From contig CM119372.1 in assembly GCA_051294905.1 (NCBI GenBank), positions 17,052,001 through 17,116,000 on the forward strand: a DNA stretch of 64,000 nt, read 5' to 3'. Shown piece by piece: positions 43,421 through 56,462 of this stretch. A model generated the notes under the pieces. The model was given only the letters and a program-made list of their open reading frames with translations, searched no databases and had not been told where the DNA came from. Positions within the stretch are counted from its first letter, which is position 1. Every line of letters starts with the position of its first letter. A program made the translations under genes and the position numbers. This DNA comes from Botryllus schlosseri. Taxonomy: Eukaryota.

Positions 43421-46400
43421 CTAATTACCCTTGAATAGTGTCTTGAAGGAAGGTGTACAATGCAAAAGATCTGAAGCCAGGTTATCGAGAACAGAAATTA
43501 AAATTCCAGTCACGTGAGATAAGGCTTTGGACAAACTATCCACGTCGATGTCAGCGGTGTACTCGTTTAGATTACAGGGTGCAGAACTCTGCAGCAAGTC
43601 TTGGCAATACACATTCAAAGCTGATGGAACCATAGTACTTTTTGCAGATAAGAACTTATGCAGGCCATTTCTAAACCCATAAAGCATGGACACTGGTACT
43701 TTTTGCATCAATTTATCTTTTGAAAAGGCATCCATGTGCAACACAGTCTCTTGTAAAGCTTCACCGACAGCTATCAGATATGACAATCCTCCACAGGGGC
43801 TGTGAAAAAATCGCCACGCAAACAAAGTCAACTCCGTGGTTGGATTTTTTGTGTCACAGCACCATGCCGACACGAATTGCACCAGTTCATTCCAATTCTG
43901 TTTGCTGGCGCTATCGACAATTGCCATAGCCAGTGAACTAACAGATTTTTTTGTCGATGCAATGCGTTTTGCGTAGTCAATCGCGTCGGTGCTAGAAAGA
44001 AACACTTGATTGTAATTGAGTGAATTGTCATAATTTGTCGAAAACGAAATTTTGCTTGTGGCATCGCTGAAGTAATATATGTGAACTCTCTTCTTCACCA
44101 GTATGAACCTCCAATCCATAGGAACCAGAATATTAATGACGAAGGGCTCATGCGTGGATAACGTCGATGCGACCTGACTCTCAAATCCAACAGAAGAATT
44201 TTCCAACTCCGTTAAATCCACACTCGTGTCACCAAACACTGCGGTTGTCGCGACCAAGCCTTTTTCTTTCAGATTTTTGAGAAAACTGATTAATACGGCT
44301 GTCAAAAAAGACAGTCCGTCTATTTCCAGCCCCTCGGGACCCACGATAAGGCAGTGGTCCACGGTGCAAACCTGCGAAAGATATGGCGTGGCAGAATTCA
44401 GCAACAATGAATTGCCCGACAAAGCCGAGAGAACCTTCAAATCAAATTGTCTTCCCAGTGATGTGTTACTCTTGGACTGCGGCAATGCAGAGCTGATCTT
44501 AGTGGTCGCCGCGATCGTGCTTGTTCGTTTGAAGCCAGTCGAATTGACACCTGCCATCGCAGCAAGGTTCCCGAAAGCTGATACACCAGATATCGTATAT
44601 AGCTTCAATTCAGCGTCAAACACCTTCGGCGTGACAGTGAAGACTTTCCCAATAAGCTTCTTGTCTTCTTCCCGATGAACTTGCACCTGCAAGGATCCTG
44701 CTCTCAGCCATGCGATAAGTAGGGGACAGGGATTAGGCGGCAGGCTACTCTTTGACATGAAAAGATCTTTTAAAAAGCTTTCCCATACTTGATCGACACG
44801 GATATCCATCAAATACTGCAATCTTTTGGCTTGACGTATGTCCAATCCCGTTTTGCTACTGGAAGACTCTGCCACATTTACAATTTTTCTTTCCACGTCT
44901 GCGAATGTGTCGGTCTCCAACTTATGGCGGTATTTATCGAGGCTGACGTCGGTTTCAAGATTTTGTCCAAATTTAGTTCCAAACGCGGAATCGATTTGCT
45001 TTAGCGTTTGGTGTATAGTTGGAAATCCATCGATAGCGTCTGAGTTAAGACCGATCGACAATGCCTTCAAATATGACAGGCTTAGAAGTAATAACGACTT
45101 CACGGTATCCTCGTTCTGATCAATCAGGGCAGCGTCAATGTCACTTACGATTCTCAGCAACGTCTCCTTCCCAAAGCCCGCAGCAGTGTCATGGGAATCA
45201 AAGAACTCGGTTAAATGATCGTTATACTGCTGCAACGTCTGCTTCATCATGTCGGTCGAGGATTTCAACGGCTGGCTGTCTAGAATGTCAATCATTGCGT
45301 CGACGAGTACAGAAATCCTCACAAGTCTCATGCCCAACCCTTGGCAAATGCGGAATATCTCGATTGATAACGAGTCCTCTTTTCTGGACGTGATTGGTTT
45401 CACCAGATTTTGTATTCTCTCCATCAATATTCCATGATGAGTGACTGTCGTGATGTTCGACTCAATCTGGCGACCTGCGATATTTTGCTGCCAGTTCTCT
45501 TCAATCGTAGATATTACATTGGACTGCAACGGAGAACGGTATCCGGAGTGTTTTTGCAGCGTGGTTACGTACAGTTCGGCTTCTGATTTCACAACAAAAA
45601 ATCCTTCGTGCAATGCTTGATATGGGGCGCCGGCATAAAAGCATTCGACCTTACTGCTACTCGTGCTTTTTGTCAATATGGCAAGCAGGCGATAGGACTT
45701 CGACACACGCATGTGTCCCACTTTCAACGGCATCGAGTTATTCTTACAGTCTACCATTAAATTTACAGTACAGTCTTGCTTCTTTGTTGCTGCCAACGCG
45801 ATCTGTTTTAGCAATTCATTTTTTGACGGAACAGATGTGTCAGACGATAGCGCTTGTTCAAGATCGTTTAGGATGTAAAACTTTTTTATCGCTTCATCTT
45901 CCTCAGTAACGTTAACTTCCACCGATAATATTTTGTGGCTACTCTCTTTATGAATTGATTTCAAATCAGCGATGATGGACATGGCAAAACTGTAAGCCGC
46001 ATCTTCTACTGTCGACGCACTCACCAAGACAACAGCCAGTACATTGACGCTGTAACACGCATCGTGAAATGACCCGAAAAACACGGCCGGACCTTTGACA
46101 GAAGACATGATCGTAGCATTCTTCACGTGAGAGTGATCCAGCAGATTCTTCAGAATGTCGGTAAGTAGTGACAGCTTCTTTGGATTCAACACCATCACAA
46201 TATGCCGCAATCCCCAGATACCGTAATCAGGGGAATTGTATCCCGCGATAACGCTACTTTTAGTGTCAAGAACCAAAGGTTGCGATAGGCTTTGATGGAT
46301 TTCTGTCAATGTCTTTTTGCGAGTGTGGAATCTTTCCGAAATTTTCGAAAATCTCCGGATGAATCCGGGATATGGATTGTACGGCAATTCATCGCTTAAC

Positions 46401-46660
46401 AGGAGATCGAGAGTTAGTTTGTTCATGTGACCGGCAACACCAGTGTCCCGTAAATACTGCTTTCTAAGCCTGATGGCATGCATGACATCTTTGTCGTCGC
46501 TAGGTACGAGAACTGGTATTCCTGTTATCGTACCACGTTCATCCACCACGGTTGAAGATCTGTCTTCCTCCTCCTCGCCTGTTTGAGGCAGTGGGTCCTT
46601 CAACTTTGAATCATTCCTCGGTATTGTCAGTGGATTAGTTAATTTGTACCGCTTCGCCAT
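43421..46660 (-). CDS. uncharacterised 1079-aa protein, intronless, two RIIa/Dpy-30-like motifs
   Basis: 3.2-kb open frame in AT-rich DNA; upstream 3' splice site near 46700; apparent internal duplication. Confidence 0.85.
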   Translation of the reverse strand: MAKRYKLTNPLTIPRNDSKLKDPLPQTGEEEEDRSSTVVDERGTITGIPVLVPSDDKDVMHAIRLRKQYLRDTGVAGHMNKLTLDLLLSDELPYNPYPGFIRRFSKISERFHTRKKTLTEIHQSLSQPLVLDTKSSVIAGYNSPDYGIWGLRHIVMVLNPKKLSLLTDILKNLLDHSHVKNATIMSSVKGPAVFFGSFHDACYSVNVLAVVLVSASTVEDAAYSFAMSIIADLKSIHKESSHKILSVEVNVTEEDEAIKKFYILNDLEQALSSDTSVPSKNELLKQIALAATKKQDCTVNLMVDCKNNSMPLKVGHMRVSKSYRLLAILTKSTSSSKVECFYAGAPYQALHEGFFVVKSEAELYVTTLQKHSGYRSPLQSNVISTIEENWQQNIAGRQIESNITTVTHHGILMERIQNLVKPITSRKEDSLSIEIFRICQGLGMRLVRISVLVDAMIDILDSQPLKSSTDMMKQTLQQYNDHLTEFFDSHDTAAGFGKETLLRIVSDIDAALIDQNEDTVKSLLLLSLSYLKALSIGLNSDAIDGFPTIHQTLKQIDSAFGTKFGQNLETDVSLDKYRHKLETDTFADVERKIVNVAESSSSKTGLDIRQAKRLQYLMDIRVDQVWESFLKDLFMSKSSLPPNPCPLLIAWLRAGSLQVQVHREEDKKLIGKVFTVTPKVFDAELKLYTISGVSAFGNLAAMAGVNSTGFKRTSTIAATTKISSALPQSKSNTSLGRQFDLKVLSALSGNSLLLNSATPYLSQVCTVDHCLIVGPEGLEIDGLSFLTAVLISFLKNLKEKGLVATTAVFGDTSVDLTELENSSVGFESQVASTLSTHEPFVINILVPMDWRFILVKKRVHIYYFSDATSKISFSTNYDNSLNYNQVFLSSTDAIDYAKRIASTKKSVSSLAMAIVDSASKQNWNELVQFVSAWCCDTKNPTTELTLFAWRFFHSPCGGLSYLIAVGEALQETVLHMDAFSKDKLMQKVPVSMLYGFRNGLHKFLSAKSTMVPSALNVYCQDLLQSSAPCNLNEYTADIDVDSLSKALSHVTGILISVLDNLASDLLHCTPSFKTLFKGN

Positions 46661-47339
46661 GACGCATTCACACTAATTTGCTTGGGTTTCAAAACGCATC
46701 TGAAAATTGAATAACACATGATGATAATCATCCATTCAGCGAAGGATTGGCTGACTGTAGGAAGAGATAATTTTCAAACAGAATATTTGAATATTTATCA
46801 AGCCATATCATATTGCTAAAGTTGTAGGTTCTGGTTGGGGGGGGGGTCACTCGAAATAGACAAAATTTATTAACAGTAGAGCCTACTTGATTAACTGCAT
46901 GGTGATATCAGGCGAAATAAAGCAGGACAACCAATGCTTCCATGTTTTCTTATAGGCCTTAACTTTTTAATGAATAGGCCTACATGTAGACCTATTTATT
47001 CGAAGTTTTGAGCACTTCTTCGATACACCGTGATCCCCATGACTATGGATACTATCAGTGTTTCACATGACACTTGAACGATGCGCACCGCTGACTCTGA
47101 GTAAGGTTTGGTTTTGGGGTCAGGAAAGAAGAAGTATCAAGATATTTTACTAAAGGCACTCGAGTGTGCTAATTTACTTTGAGCAGTTTAAATAGCCTAC
47201 AATGCGAATACAAACGTATGCTCGCAAATAGAAATACAAGCAATATTTTTAGTTAGTGAAATATGAATGCCAGTAAGAATAATATTTTGCACAAGGTTGC
47301 ATAAGCGTACCGCTAGATAATTCCTACAGTATAATATAG

Positions 47340-47917
47340 CGGTGTTGAGATCAAGTCAGTACCTTAGAGTCAGATCAAGTCATCTCGAATCATTGCACAT
47401 TTTGACGCAAGTCAAGTCAAATCGATTTGCAAAGGTGACTCGAGTCAAGTCATGTAGAATTTTCAAAGTCATTGCATTTTGCTAGCTGTTTTAAATACAG
47501 ATACAGTCGAGTATACACGCAAAAGGGCATTGTATCGCTCACCCCAGCTTACGTATGTAACATAGAACTGCTAAACTACGTACGCAAGTAACGGTATAGT
47601 CTCCCCAGTCACTAATTATCAGCATACCCCAAAATAAAGGATAGAATACGAATAGAAGGTTACAAAAACTCGATAAAACGCACAATCATTGAGTGATTGG
47701 ACGCACTCACAGGTCACACCGGCGTATTGTTAACAATCCAGACAAGATTGAACTACAGCGATTTAGTCGACACTGATCACTTTGATGGCTTGGAATTGAC
47801 CCGTAAATTTTACTTGGAGTCACGATTCAATCCGTATTTCCGAAGCGTCAAGTCAAGTCAAGTCATTTTTGTAAAGTGACTCAAGTCAAGTCTCAAGCTC
47901 GAGTCATCCCAATACGG
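47340..47917. mobile_element. CAAGT/GACTCGAGTC-family MITE
   Basis: Subterminal AAGTC arrays; imperfect TIRs; ends next to the FIBP stop codon. Confidence 0.65.
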
Positions 47918-47918
47918 A

Positions 47919-48980
47919 TCAATAGTATGCTTGCAAAACACAACAGGTGAGACCATCCATAAATCTCAACCAAGCCTGTTTGCAAGACATTATTTGAGGA
48001 TGCTGACTGGTAATTCTCGTGAAGTTAACAAGAAATTCTTCTACCGTACCACGACTCCAGTGGTATGATCTGGCTGGTTCCACAATTTTCTCAACGATAT
48101 CGATAAAAAAATCTCTCAAGTCCTTCGTGTGGTATAGACCCGATCCTATTACCGTGATTGATCGACACATAGACCTACAACTATGGAACGATTCATCGTC
48201 GGCTCTATTTGAGAAGCTCTCCTTTATTTTATCAAGAGTATCCTTGTCCGACGACAAAAATTTAGATGCACGTAGGTCATGCAGAAATTCACGGTCGATA
48301 TCGATGTTTCCGTCGTTGACAGCAGAAAATTCTCCATCGGAATTACTCGTCCAATGTTCCGACAAGTGCTTGACGCACGTAACAAAGTGATTTAACGTCA
48401 TGTGACTGAGCTTTCGCTTGGTACATTCGAATTTGTGACTAGCCAGAAAGACAACTGTCGCGTAGGCCCAAGATAGTTCCTTCGGCAACAGAAAGAGTTG
48501 CGATATATTATCAACCAAAGACCCGGGTTGGTCCTCCACAGCTTTGAACACTCGTCGGCAATTCTCAAACTGACGGAGACAGCACCGGTGGTTGATGCCT
48601 GTCTTGTCCGCCACCTCGTCCATATTCTGGTAGGTGCTGCGTGACAGCTTCTTTCCCAACAGCTCGCGAATGACAGCGTGGTCTAAGTTGAAATACCGAA
48701 TTATGAGCTCTCTTTGCATATCTTGAGATAGTTGGAAACATAATTGATGAGCCAGCGTCAACGGTTTTCTCAAGTACTTTTCTAGTAGACCAAGTGTTCG
48801 ATACTGGTCCAAAATGTCGCTCATCAAAAGGTCGGCTGAGCAAGCAGGCGATTGCTGATTTTTCATCTTTAACTTTACGGCTTCGCTAGGTGGCTTTGAC
48901 CCGAGCCATAGATCGTACAACGTTAAATCGATGATTGTGTTATTTCCGACAAATATGTCAATGTCTGGTTGCAATTCCAT
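47919..48980 (-). CDS. FIBP: acidic FGF intracellular-binding protein, intronless
   Basis: DIFVGNNTIID..YDLWLG, VIRELLGKKLS, CLRQFENCRRVFKAVED, KDLRDFFIDIVEKIVEP match FIBP as recalled. Confidence 0.93.
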   Translation of the reverse strand: MELQPDIDIFVGNNTIIDLTLYDLWLGSKPPSEAVKLKMKNQQSPACSADLLMSDILDQYRTLGLLEKYLRKPLTLAHQLCFQLSQDMQRELIIRYFNLDHAVIRELLGKKLSRSTYQNMDEVADKTGINHRCCLRQFENCRRVFKAVEDQPGSLVDNISQLFLLPKELSWAYATVVFLASHKFECTKRKLSHMTLNHFVTCVKHLSEHWTSNSDGEFSAVNDGNIDIDREFLHDLRASKFLSSDKDTLDKIKESFSNRADDESFHSCRSMCRSITVIGSGLYHTKDLRDFFIDIVEKIVEPARSYHWSRGTVEEFLVNFTRITSQHPQIMSCKQAWLRFMDGLTCCVLQAYY

Positions 48981-50214
48981 GGTATTTTCACTTAAAATCT
49001 TGGAAACTTATATGGAGATGCAACCACGTATTAATTACAGTCTGTGTGAAGGGGTTTAGAAATGTTACATCACCAATATAAATATCAATGACAGTCTATT
49101 ACCCTGATGTGGATGTAGTGACTGCGGACTCCGGACTGGAGATACAAGACAAGTAGCTCAGACTTCACACCACATTGACTAGGCCTACGTGATGGGAACC
49201 AATTTCCATAATCGTAATCAAGTTACACAACAAATTGCATCACAGGAAATGAACTTTTTTGTTACGTCATATCAATTTAGAACTTTTTTATCTGTCATTA
49301 TCACTTTCTTCATCATTGTGATGCATAAATTGAACATTCGAATAAATAGATTTTAGCAAAACTATTTTCATTATATCAGAAAAAAGCATAGCATTCAACA
49401 TATCATCATCATTTTCTTAAAATTTCGATCAAATCAATACACCATACGATTGCGTTATAATGAAAAGATATATATAGGAGGGTGTCGAAACGACTAAGGG
49501 TAATCTTTTAATAAGCACCCACCTTGGCCTACAGCATGTTCAATTCAATTTATTCCTAAGATTTTCGAAATCACTAATCAGACACCCACCAAGTAAAAGT
49601 AATCAGGTATAGCTCTATGGAGATTACCAGGATACTATTTTATCTTGTTACGATAAAGATCTATATGAAGAATGGGTAAATATTGTTCGATACAAACTCG
49701 ATCAATGACAACTGAACGGCTGCATAGGACATTGGTTGGTAAGGCAAGTCCTCGCAAGTATTTGTACCACTGTGATTCTATTAGAATTTTTGGCGAAAAT
49801 CGGTGATTGTGTGAATCATGAAAATATACTCGGGGGTCATTACATTTTGTGCTTTGGAAATTACATCGGCATATTCAGGAACCTCTTGACATACTGTTTC
49901 TTGGTGATGTATTCAATGACAAATGCACGTAAACGACCGTTTTCGGGTGTATTTCCAGGTATTATGACGAAAAAACAATTTTAAGAAGACGAAGAGATAC
50001 CTACTACACAGCCGTTTGACTGAATATTTTGCAGTTGAATCGTAAGAAATGTGTCGGTGATAACGCTCAACAGACCATGTCTATCGACTATCCTTGGGTA
50101 TAAATATATTTCGAAGAGTGCGGGAATGATTTGACACCGGCGGCTGCTACGAAGAATCATCATTTTCTCGAATATATGATCACGACGAATAGTAGAACAC
50201 TTTTTTAAAAGATT

Positions 50215-51543
50215 TAGGCTCCGGACTCTACATACATCTCATTAGAATCGAATTGAAATCGGACATTTTCGAAATTTCGGTAATCCGGACACAATTAGGG
50301 CCCCAGTTCTACCCTTGGGACCTCGACTTGAATAATGATTTTGGTCTCGATAGAAGCGACTAGACTAGTAGAATCCATTTCAAAAAGAATTACGCTCCGG
50401 ACTCTACATATATCTCATTAGAATCGAATTGAAAATTGACATTTTCGAAATTTCGGTAATCCGGACACAATTAGGGCCCCAGTTCGACCCTTGGGACCTC
50501 GACTTGAATAATGATTTTGGTCTCGATAGAAGCGACTAGACTAGTAGAATCCATTTCAAAAAGAATTACGCTCCGGACTCTACATATATCTCATTAGAAT
50601 CGAATTGAAATTTGACATTTTCGAAATTTCGGTAATCCGGACACAATTAGGGCCCCAGTTCGACCCTTGGGACCTTGACTTGAATAATGATTTTGGTCTC
50701 GATAGAAGCGGCCAGACTAGTAGAATCCATTTCAAAAAGAATTACGCTCCGGACTCTACATATATCTCATTAGAATCGAATTGAAATTTGACATTTTCGA
50801 AATTTTGGTAATCCGGACACAATTAGGGCCCCAGTTCGACCCTTGGGACCTCGACTTGAATAATGATTTTGGTCTCGATAGAAGCGACTAGACTAGTAAA
50901 ATCCATTTCAAAAAGAATTACGCTCCGGACTCTACATATATCTCATTAGAATCGAATTGAAATTTGACATTTTCGAAATTTCGGTAATCCGGACACAATT
51001 AGGGCCCCAGTTCGACCCTTGGGACCTTGACTTGAATAATGATTTTGGTCTCGATAGAAGCGGCCAGACTAGTAGAATCCATTTCAAAAAGAATTACGCT
51101 CCGGACTCTACATATATCTCATTAGAATCGAATTGAAATCGGACATTTTCGAAATTTCGGTAATCCGGACACAATTAGGGCCCCAGTTCGACCCTTGGGA
51201 CCTCGACTTGAATAATGATTTTGGTCTCGATAGAAGCGGCCAGACTAGTAGAATCCATTTCAAAACGAATTAGGCTTCGGACTCTACATATATCTCATTA
51301 GAATCGAATTGAAATCGGACATTTTTGAAATTTTGATAATCCGGACACAATTATGGCCCCCGTTCGACCCTTGGGACGTCGACTTGAATAATAATTTTGG
51401 TCTCGATCGAAGCGGCTAGAATCCATTTCAAAACGAATTAGGCTTCGGACTCTACATATATCTCATTTGAATCGAATTGAAATTGTACATTTTCTAAATT
51501 TCGGTACCCCTGACACAATTATGGCCCCCGTTTGACCCGTGGG
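50215..51543 (+). repeat. 176-bp tandem array, ~7.5 units (left arm)
   Basis: (C/T)CGGACTCTACA recurs at 50221, 50397, 50573, 50749, 50925, 51101, 51277, 51445. Confidence 0.95.
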
Positions 51544-53395
51544 TTTGAATTGTATATGTTATGGCTCTGCTCTGCTCTGTCCTTTCATCCAACCTATGTA
51601 TGTAAGTACACAGCTGCTAAGCCTGAAATAATTAACATTGCTTTCTCCAATGTTACAGACCAATAAAACAACACTCTAGCAAGTCCGATTTTATCACACC
51701 TATTCGCAATGTAAGAATGTATACAAGATGAAGATAACAAATACGGTAAGGCACATTCAAAATTCGGGATGTTCTATTAATCAATTTACTATCATCGATG
51801 AGTAACATCCTAGGAGTTCTTCAGCGTCTTTGTAATTAAGTTTTTTCTTACCATGGTAAGTTTGATTATAAATTCAATCAATATTACAAGTTTAAAATAT
51901 GAATGGACTTTGAAATCTGATTTCAAAAATTTCATAATATCACAGTTTTCTGCATTAACGCCAGGGTTGATTACCTTTACCTCGATTGTTAATTCCCCTG
52001 GTCGCGAAAGTATTCTGCCTTTGATTTATTCGCAAACGTCCTCAGTAAGCAAAGTTTCGATTTGACGTACTTACACACCGAGAATACGTCATTCCAACAT
52101 TACGTGTTTTTCTCGTGGAAATTTCATTTCCAAAGTTTTATATAAAGAAGCCAACAACTCGATAGTTGATATAGAAACTAAATTGGAACTCAATCAACAA
52201 TCAATCATGGAAATTTTGGGTCGCGAAAATCGCCGCTTAAATGTTACAATCGCCCCGTACCCAGGGGCAATTGTATCACCCTTGCGGGGCAATTATAACA
52301 GTGTTATTTATAACTAATAAACAAACGAAATGAACAATGAAAACGGAAGCACAAATTGTAAAATTGCATTAAACTAAAGGAAGAGACGTTTGAGCGCTTC
52401 CAGGCTACGCCCCATCGCATTTATGGCATCTAAATGCAATATCACCCTTCGTGTCTTGTTCAAGCTTAAAGTGTACAAGAAACACATTCATTCCATCATC
52501 TCCCTACGCATATTCGGCCTCTTCTACCAAGGTTCTGTTGTTCAGCGTGCATAATGGGTGGGTCATTCGGTCACATGCGAAGGTGCGAAACCGACCTCGC
52601 CAACATATCTTGGTTGAATGGGCCGATGATAGTATAGCAAAACGAGGACACAACATTGTGTGGCGTCAAAGCTATCATGACATTCTTCTGGGCGGAATGA
52701 AATTAAAATATATTGTTCACATCAAATATCAAAATATAAGTGGGCCATGATCAAAGTCAGGGGATGAGGATTCAGTCATGACCAATAAAGGTCGACACAC
52801 CAAAAGCCGGTCAACACGAGAAAGGGTGGTTGAATCACGGAAATAAACGAACCGTAAGATTCACATCACCACTCTTGTATGGCCGTTTCGACAGATGATC
52901 ATGTTAGAATTGGCATCACAAGGTAGTATCTGTTCTGGTGAACTTCTGGCTGTTGCAAGATTATTCTGCAGTAGATGAATGGTAATACCAACATATGAAC
53001 AAAGACATTCAGAATTGATAACATATTGTAACGGGGCAAAAGTAACAGAGTGTTACGATTGCCCCTGACACGCTCGACCATGATTAGTGTCTCAGTATGG
53101 TACCTTCCAGGCGATGCAAGTCCTACTCTTTCCATCATCACGGTAGAGTATGATAACATTGTTCCAGCTACAGATATTACGTTGAAACTAATTGAGACAC
53201 TATTCGTCTAAACAAATTATTCCAGACCAGAAAATATTTACTCGAGGGTCAAAAATTTCGTTTTTTTCAAATTATTCCGAGGTTTCGCGTCGTAGCTCAA
53301 CGTAACTCCAAGTATAATAGGAGAGATAACTATACTGCATGCGCACTTAAAATATCAAGCTGATTTCTCCACCCTACTAGCGATGAGGTCGATTG

Positions 53396-53731
53396 TTACA
53401 TTTGTCCCCGGTCTCCCCCACTAAAGCAATCTGTTAAAATGATGGAGTCGGTTATGTTGTTTTGGTCTATCCAATTCAAGGCACATTTAATGGCACATAA
53501 TTCTGCTGTGAATGACGAGGAATTGCGGTGAGCAGCGTGAGCAATTCTCAGGTTAATACTTGGCATATATATCGAGTATCCGGATCCATTCGCGGTCTTA
53601 GACCGATCTGTGAATATAGTCGTTGAGTTAGCGTAGTAAGCATCTAGAAATTCCCTAACTTTGATGGCTATCATGTAGCAAGGTGGCTCGCGGGATACGT
53701 GTTTTAAACAAAGTGTTTTGACACACCTCAT
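53396..53731 (-). pseudogene. LINE RNase H fragment (I-group-like)
   Basis: IFTDRSK...SSFTAELCAIKCAL...IILTDC. Confidence 0.8.
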
Positions 53732-53882
53732 ATTTTCATTCTTTTTTTCAATTTAAAACAACGCCTAATTAGAGGCGTATAGGTATAAAATATAGATCCA
53801 TAAATCGCGTAATACTGCATTATGCATCATCCTTCCTGTGCCGCACTGTTGTAAAAAGGGCCCTCAAACAATGCATATCCCT

Positions 53883-55181
53883 CAGTGTTAGGATGACTCG
53901 TGTCATGACTTGACTCGAGTCACCTTTTTCGTGTGACTGAGCCTCCATTGTTCTCTCACAAATAAATTACCGCAATCGAAGTGATCGAAGCTTACAGCTT
54001 ACGTTGTCGTAAACTAGTAGTAAAGTAGTTTAGTAGCAAAATGCGCATTTCTGTTCTCTGCTCTTACCTTAAGGAAATTAAATTCGAATATAAAATTTAT
54101 ATAGTCCTAAACCATTGGCGCAGGCTCGAATTGTATCATATCAATTTGTAAATGGATAATGTATTGCATATCTTATCAATTCATTTCTCTATTCTCTATT
54201 CTCTATTTTGGCTGGAAAGTATAAACTGAGGCTGTGCAATTACTTACGCGATACAGCTCATTCTTGCATGTACAAGTTATTATTATTATTTATTAATAAA
54301 AGCATGTTATGGTGCTTGTAACAGCGTGGTCTTTTGCACCACGTGACAACAAATTCCATCGCTAACTCAAGCTAACTTGTAAATTCAGTGCATGATACTC
54401 TCAGTGGGAAGTCAAATGTCAATAACTAAATACGGCGTCCCTATGATGCTACAATGTCGATTACGTGTTGTAATATATTGGTGTCTATCAATAAGTTTTC
54501 CAAGTCGAATGGTATTCTCCTTCGATGTGCACTGTTTCTTAGTATCTGTCTGCGTTGTTCTAATGTCGGACAATTCATCAAAAAATGGCGCACGTCTTCG
54601 ATGACTCCACAATGGGCACAAACAGGTGTCGCAGAGATCCCTATTCTGTGGAGATGTCCATTCAATCCGCAGTCTCCCGTTCGTAAACGAAATAACGTGG
54701 ATTCATTTCTTCGCGTTGCTTGTCTTGGAATTGTAGTGTCGATGTTTGGCTGGTATTGTCGATACGTTGCTCCCTGGTCAGTACTTTGGTATTGTCCATT
54801 CCAGATCGACTTGCAATGGCGGAACATTAATGTTGTCGCGTCTGTTAGCATGTACATGTACAAGTACATTTAACTCTATATTCGTTCATCGGTTCGGAAT
54901 CAATGACCACTCAATCTGTATTTCAGACAGCTCGCAAAATGCAATGACGTAATCATGCCTCATACTTCGAAAAGGTAACTTGACTTGAATTGTGACTTAA
55001 CTCGTGATTTGACTTGACCTGACTCGACTTGACTCGAGTCATTTCCAAAAATTGATTGACTTGACTTGACTTGACTCGAGTCACTTTTGAAAATCGATTG
55101 ACTTGACTCGAGTCGAAATGTGCAATGACTCGAAATGACTCGTGACTCGAAGGTGGTGACTTGATCCCAAACCCAACACTG
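53883..55181. mobile_element. GACTCGAGTC-family MITE interrupted by a LINE
   Basis: Ends CAGTGTT...AACACTG; GACTT/GACTCGAGTC arrays. Confidence 0.7.
54278..54854 (-). mobile_element. 5'-truncated I-group LINE
   Basis: RLRTGDCGLNGHLHRIG...CAHCGVIEDVRHFLMNC (C-terminal CCHC), (TAA)n tail, TSD CATGTACAAGT (54267-54277, 54855-54865). Confidence 0.88.
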
Positions 55182-56173
55182 GGTCCCTTTCCAATTAACC
55201 GGTGCCTACCGCGCGGGCTGGAGATCTCGCATCTAGATGCGCCTCCACTCCTGACTGCACTCAACTTTGCGACTCAGACTGACGACTCGCTCCGGCTACC
55301 GGCTCTCATGTGAGTGAAATTGTGATTTCGACTCTGAAGTCTGAAACCGATACTCCCTAATGGCAAAAAATGTACTGCTTCAGCTACGACCCCCGCGTTG
55401 CTCCAAGCATTGCTGTCAATGGTTCTTCTTCAATAACAGTGGTTCTCTGGGGGTGCACCACCTTTGCAGGCGTCAAATCATCTGAAGGGGGTCGAAGCCA
55501 TCTGAGAGAAATTATCATTCTTGAATTCGGAATGAGTTAAACTTGTGCTGAAGCCTTCAAGTTTGAGCAACGGTGTCAATAATCCTGATAATTTGATTAT
55601 TTTAAATGTCAAAGTTACGTCGTCGTGCCATGCACACACCGCTGATGGATTTTGACTGACACCAGACCTTGAACCGATGAGAAGATGTATTGTCTGAATT
55701 AAAAGAAGGCCTAAATGGTGAAGGCGTGAAGCTGTCAGCTCAGTGGTTAACTGATTATTAACCCTTACCTAGCCGCAGAACCCACGGAACACGCCAATTT
55801 TGAGACCTTCACGGAACCCCAAATTTCATTGATACAAGTAGCCTATCTATCACAATACAACACAAGACAAGGAAAGCGAGTGGCGCAGTGTGCTAAGCAA
55901 CACAGTCCCTACACCAATGGTTGCTGGATGTAGTCTCAGTACCGCCATGTTTCTATGTGTCTATCTGGGCTCCTCAGAGCCTTCACAAGCCCAGATGAAG
56001 AGAGACACGGACTCAAGAAAGCCAAGCCGCCAGCAGAGACCAGAAAAAGAACTGCGAAGACGAAAAAAAAAAAAAAAGACACGAAGTTATGAAATTACCG
56101 TGAGGGCGCAATTGACCGAAGTGTTGATAAGCGCCAATCAAAACAAACATTCAACTAAATTTAATACATTAAT

Positions 56174-56462
56174 CAGGGTTACCATATTTTGGAAATCTGA
56201 AAAGAGGACAGATTTTAGAAATTTTCAGACCTAAATAGACAAAAATGTCGACTTCCAGCTCAGCTCCCGTAATGCCCTCCAGAACGTTACTCCGGTGCCG
56301 ATTTACTGTAACTCAGTCGAATTTCACCTTATATTTAACCATAATTCGCAAAAAACAATATGGCAAAATGAAAAAAAAGGACATTTGGGCGTCCTCCGGG
56401 GACACTTTCAAAATAGTCAAAAAAGAGTACAAATCCTCTTTAAAGGAGGTATTGTAACCCTA
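56174..56462. mobile_element. MITE related to 24986-25400
   Basis: AGGGTTACCATATTTTGGAAATCTGAAAAGAG shared. Confidence 0.75.

Noticed and set aside
49736..50163. Short ORFs repeated in the foldback arms (also 59150-59541, 61896-62090)
   Set aside because: They recur only because the DNA is repeated; no recognisable domain, and an indel in the diverged copy disrupts one of the frames.
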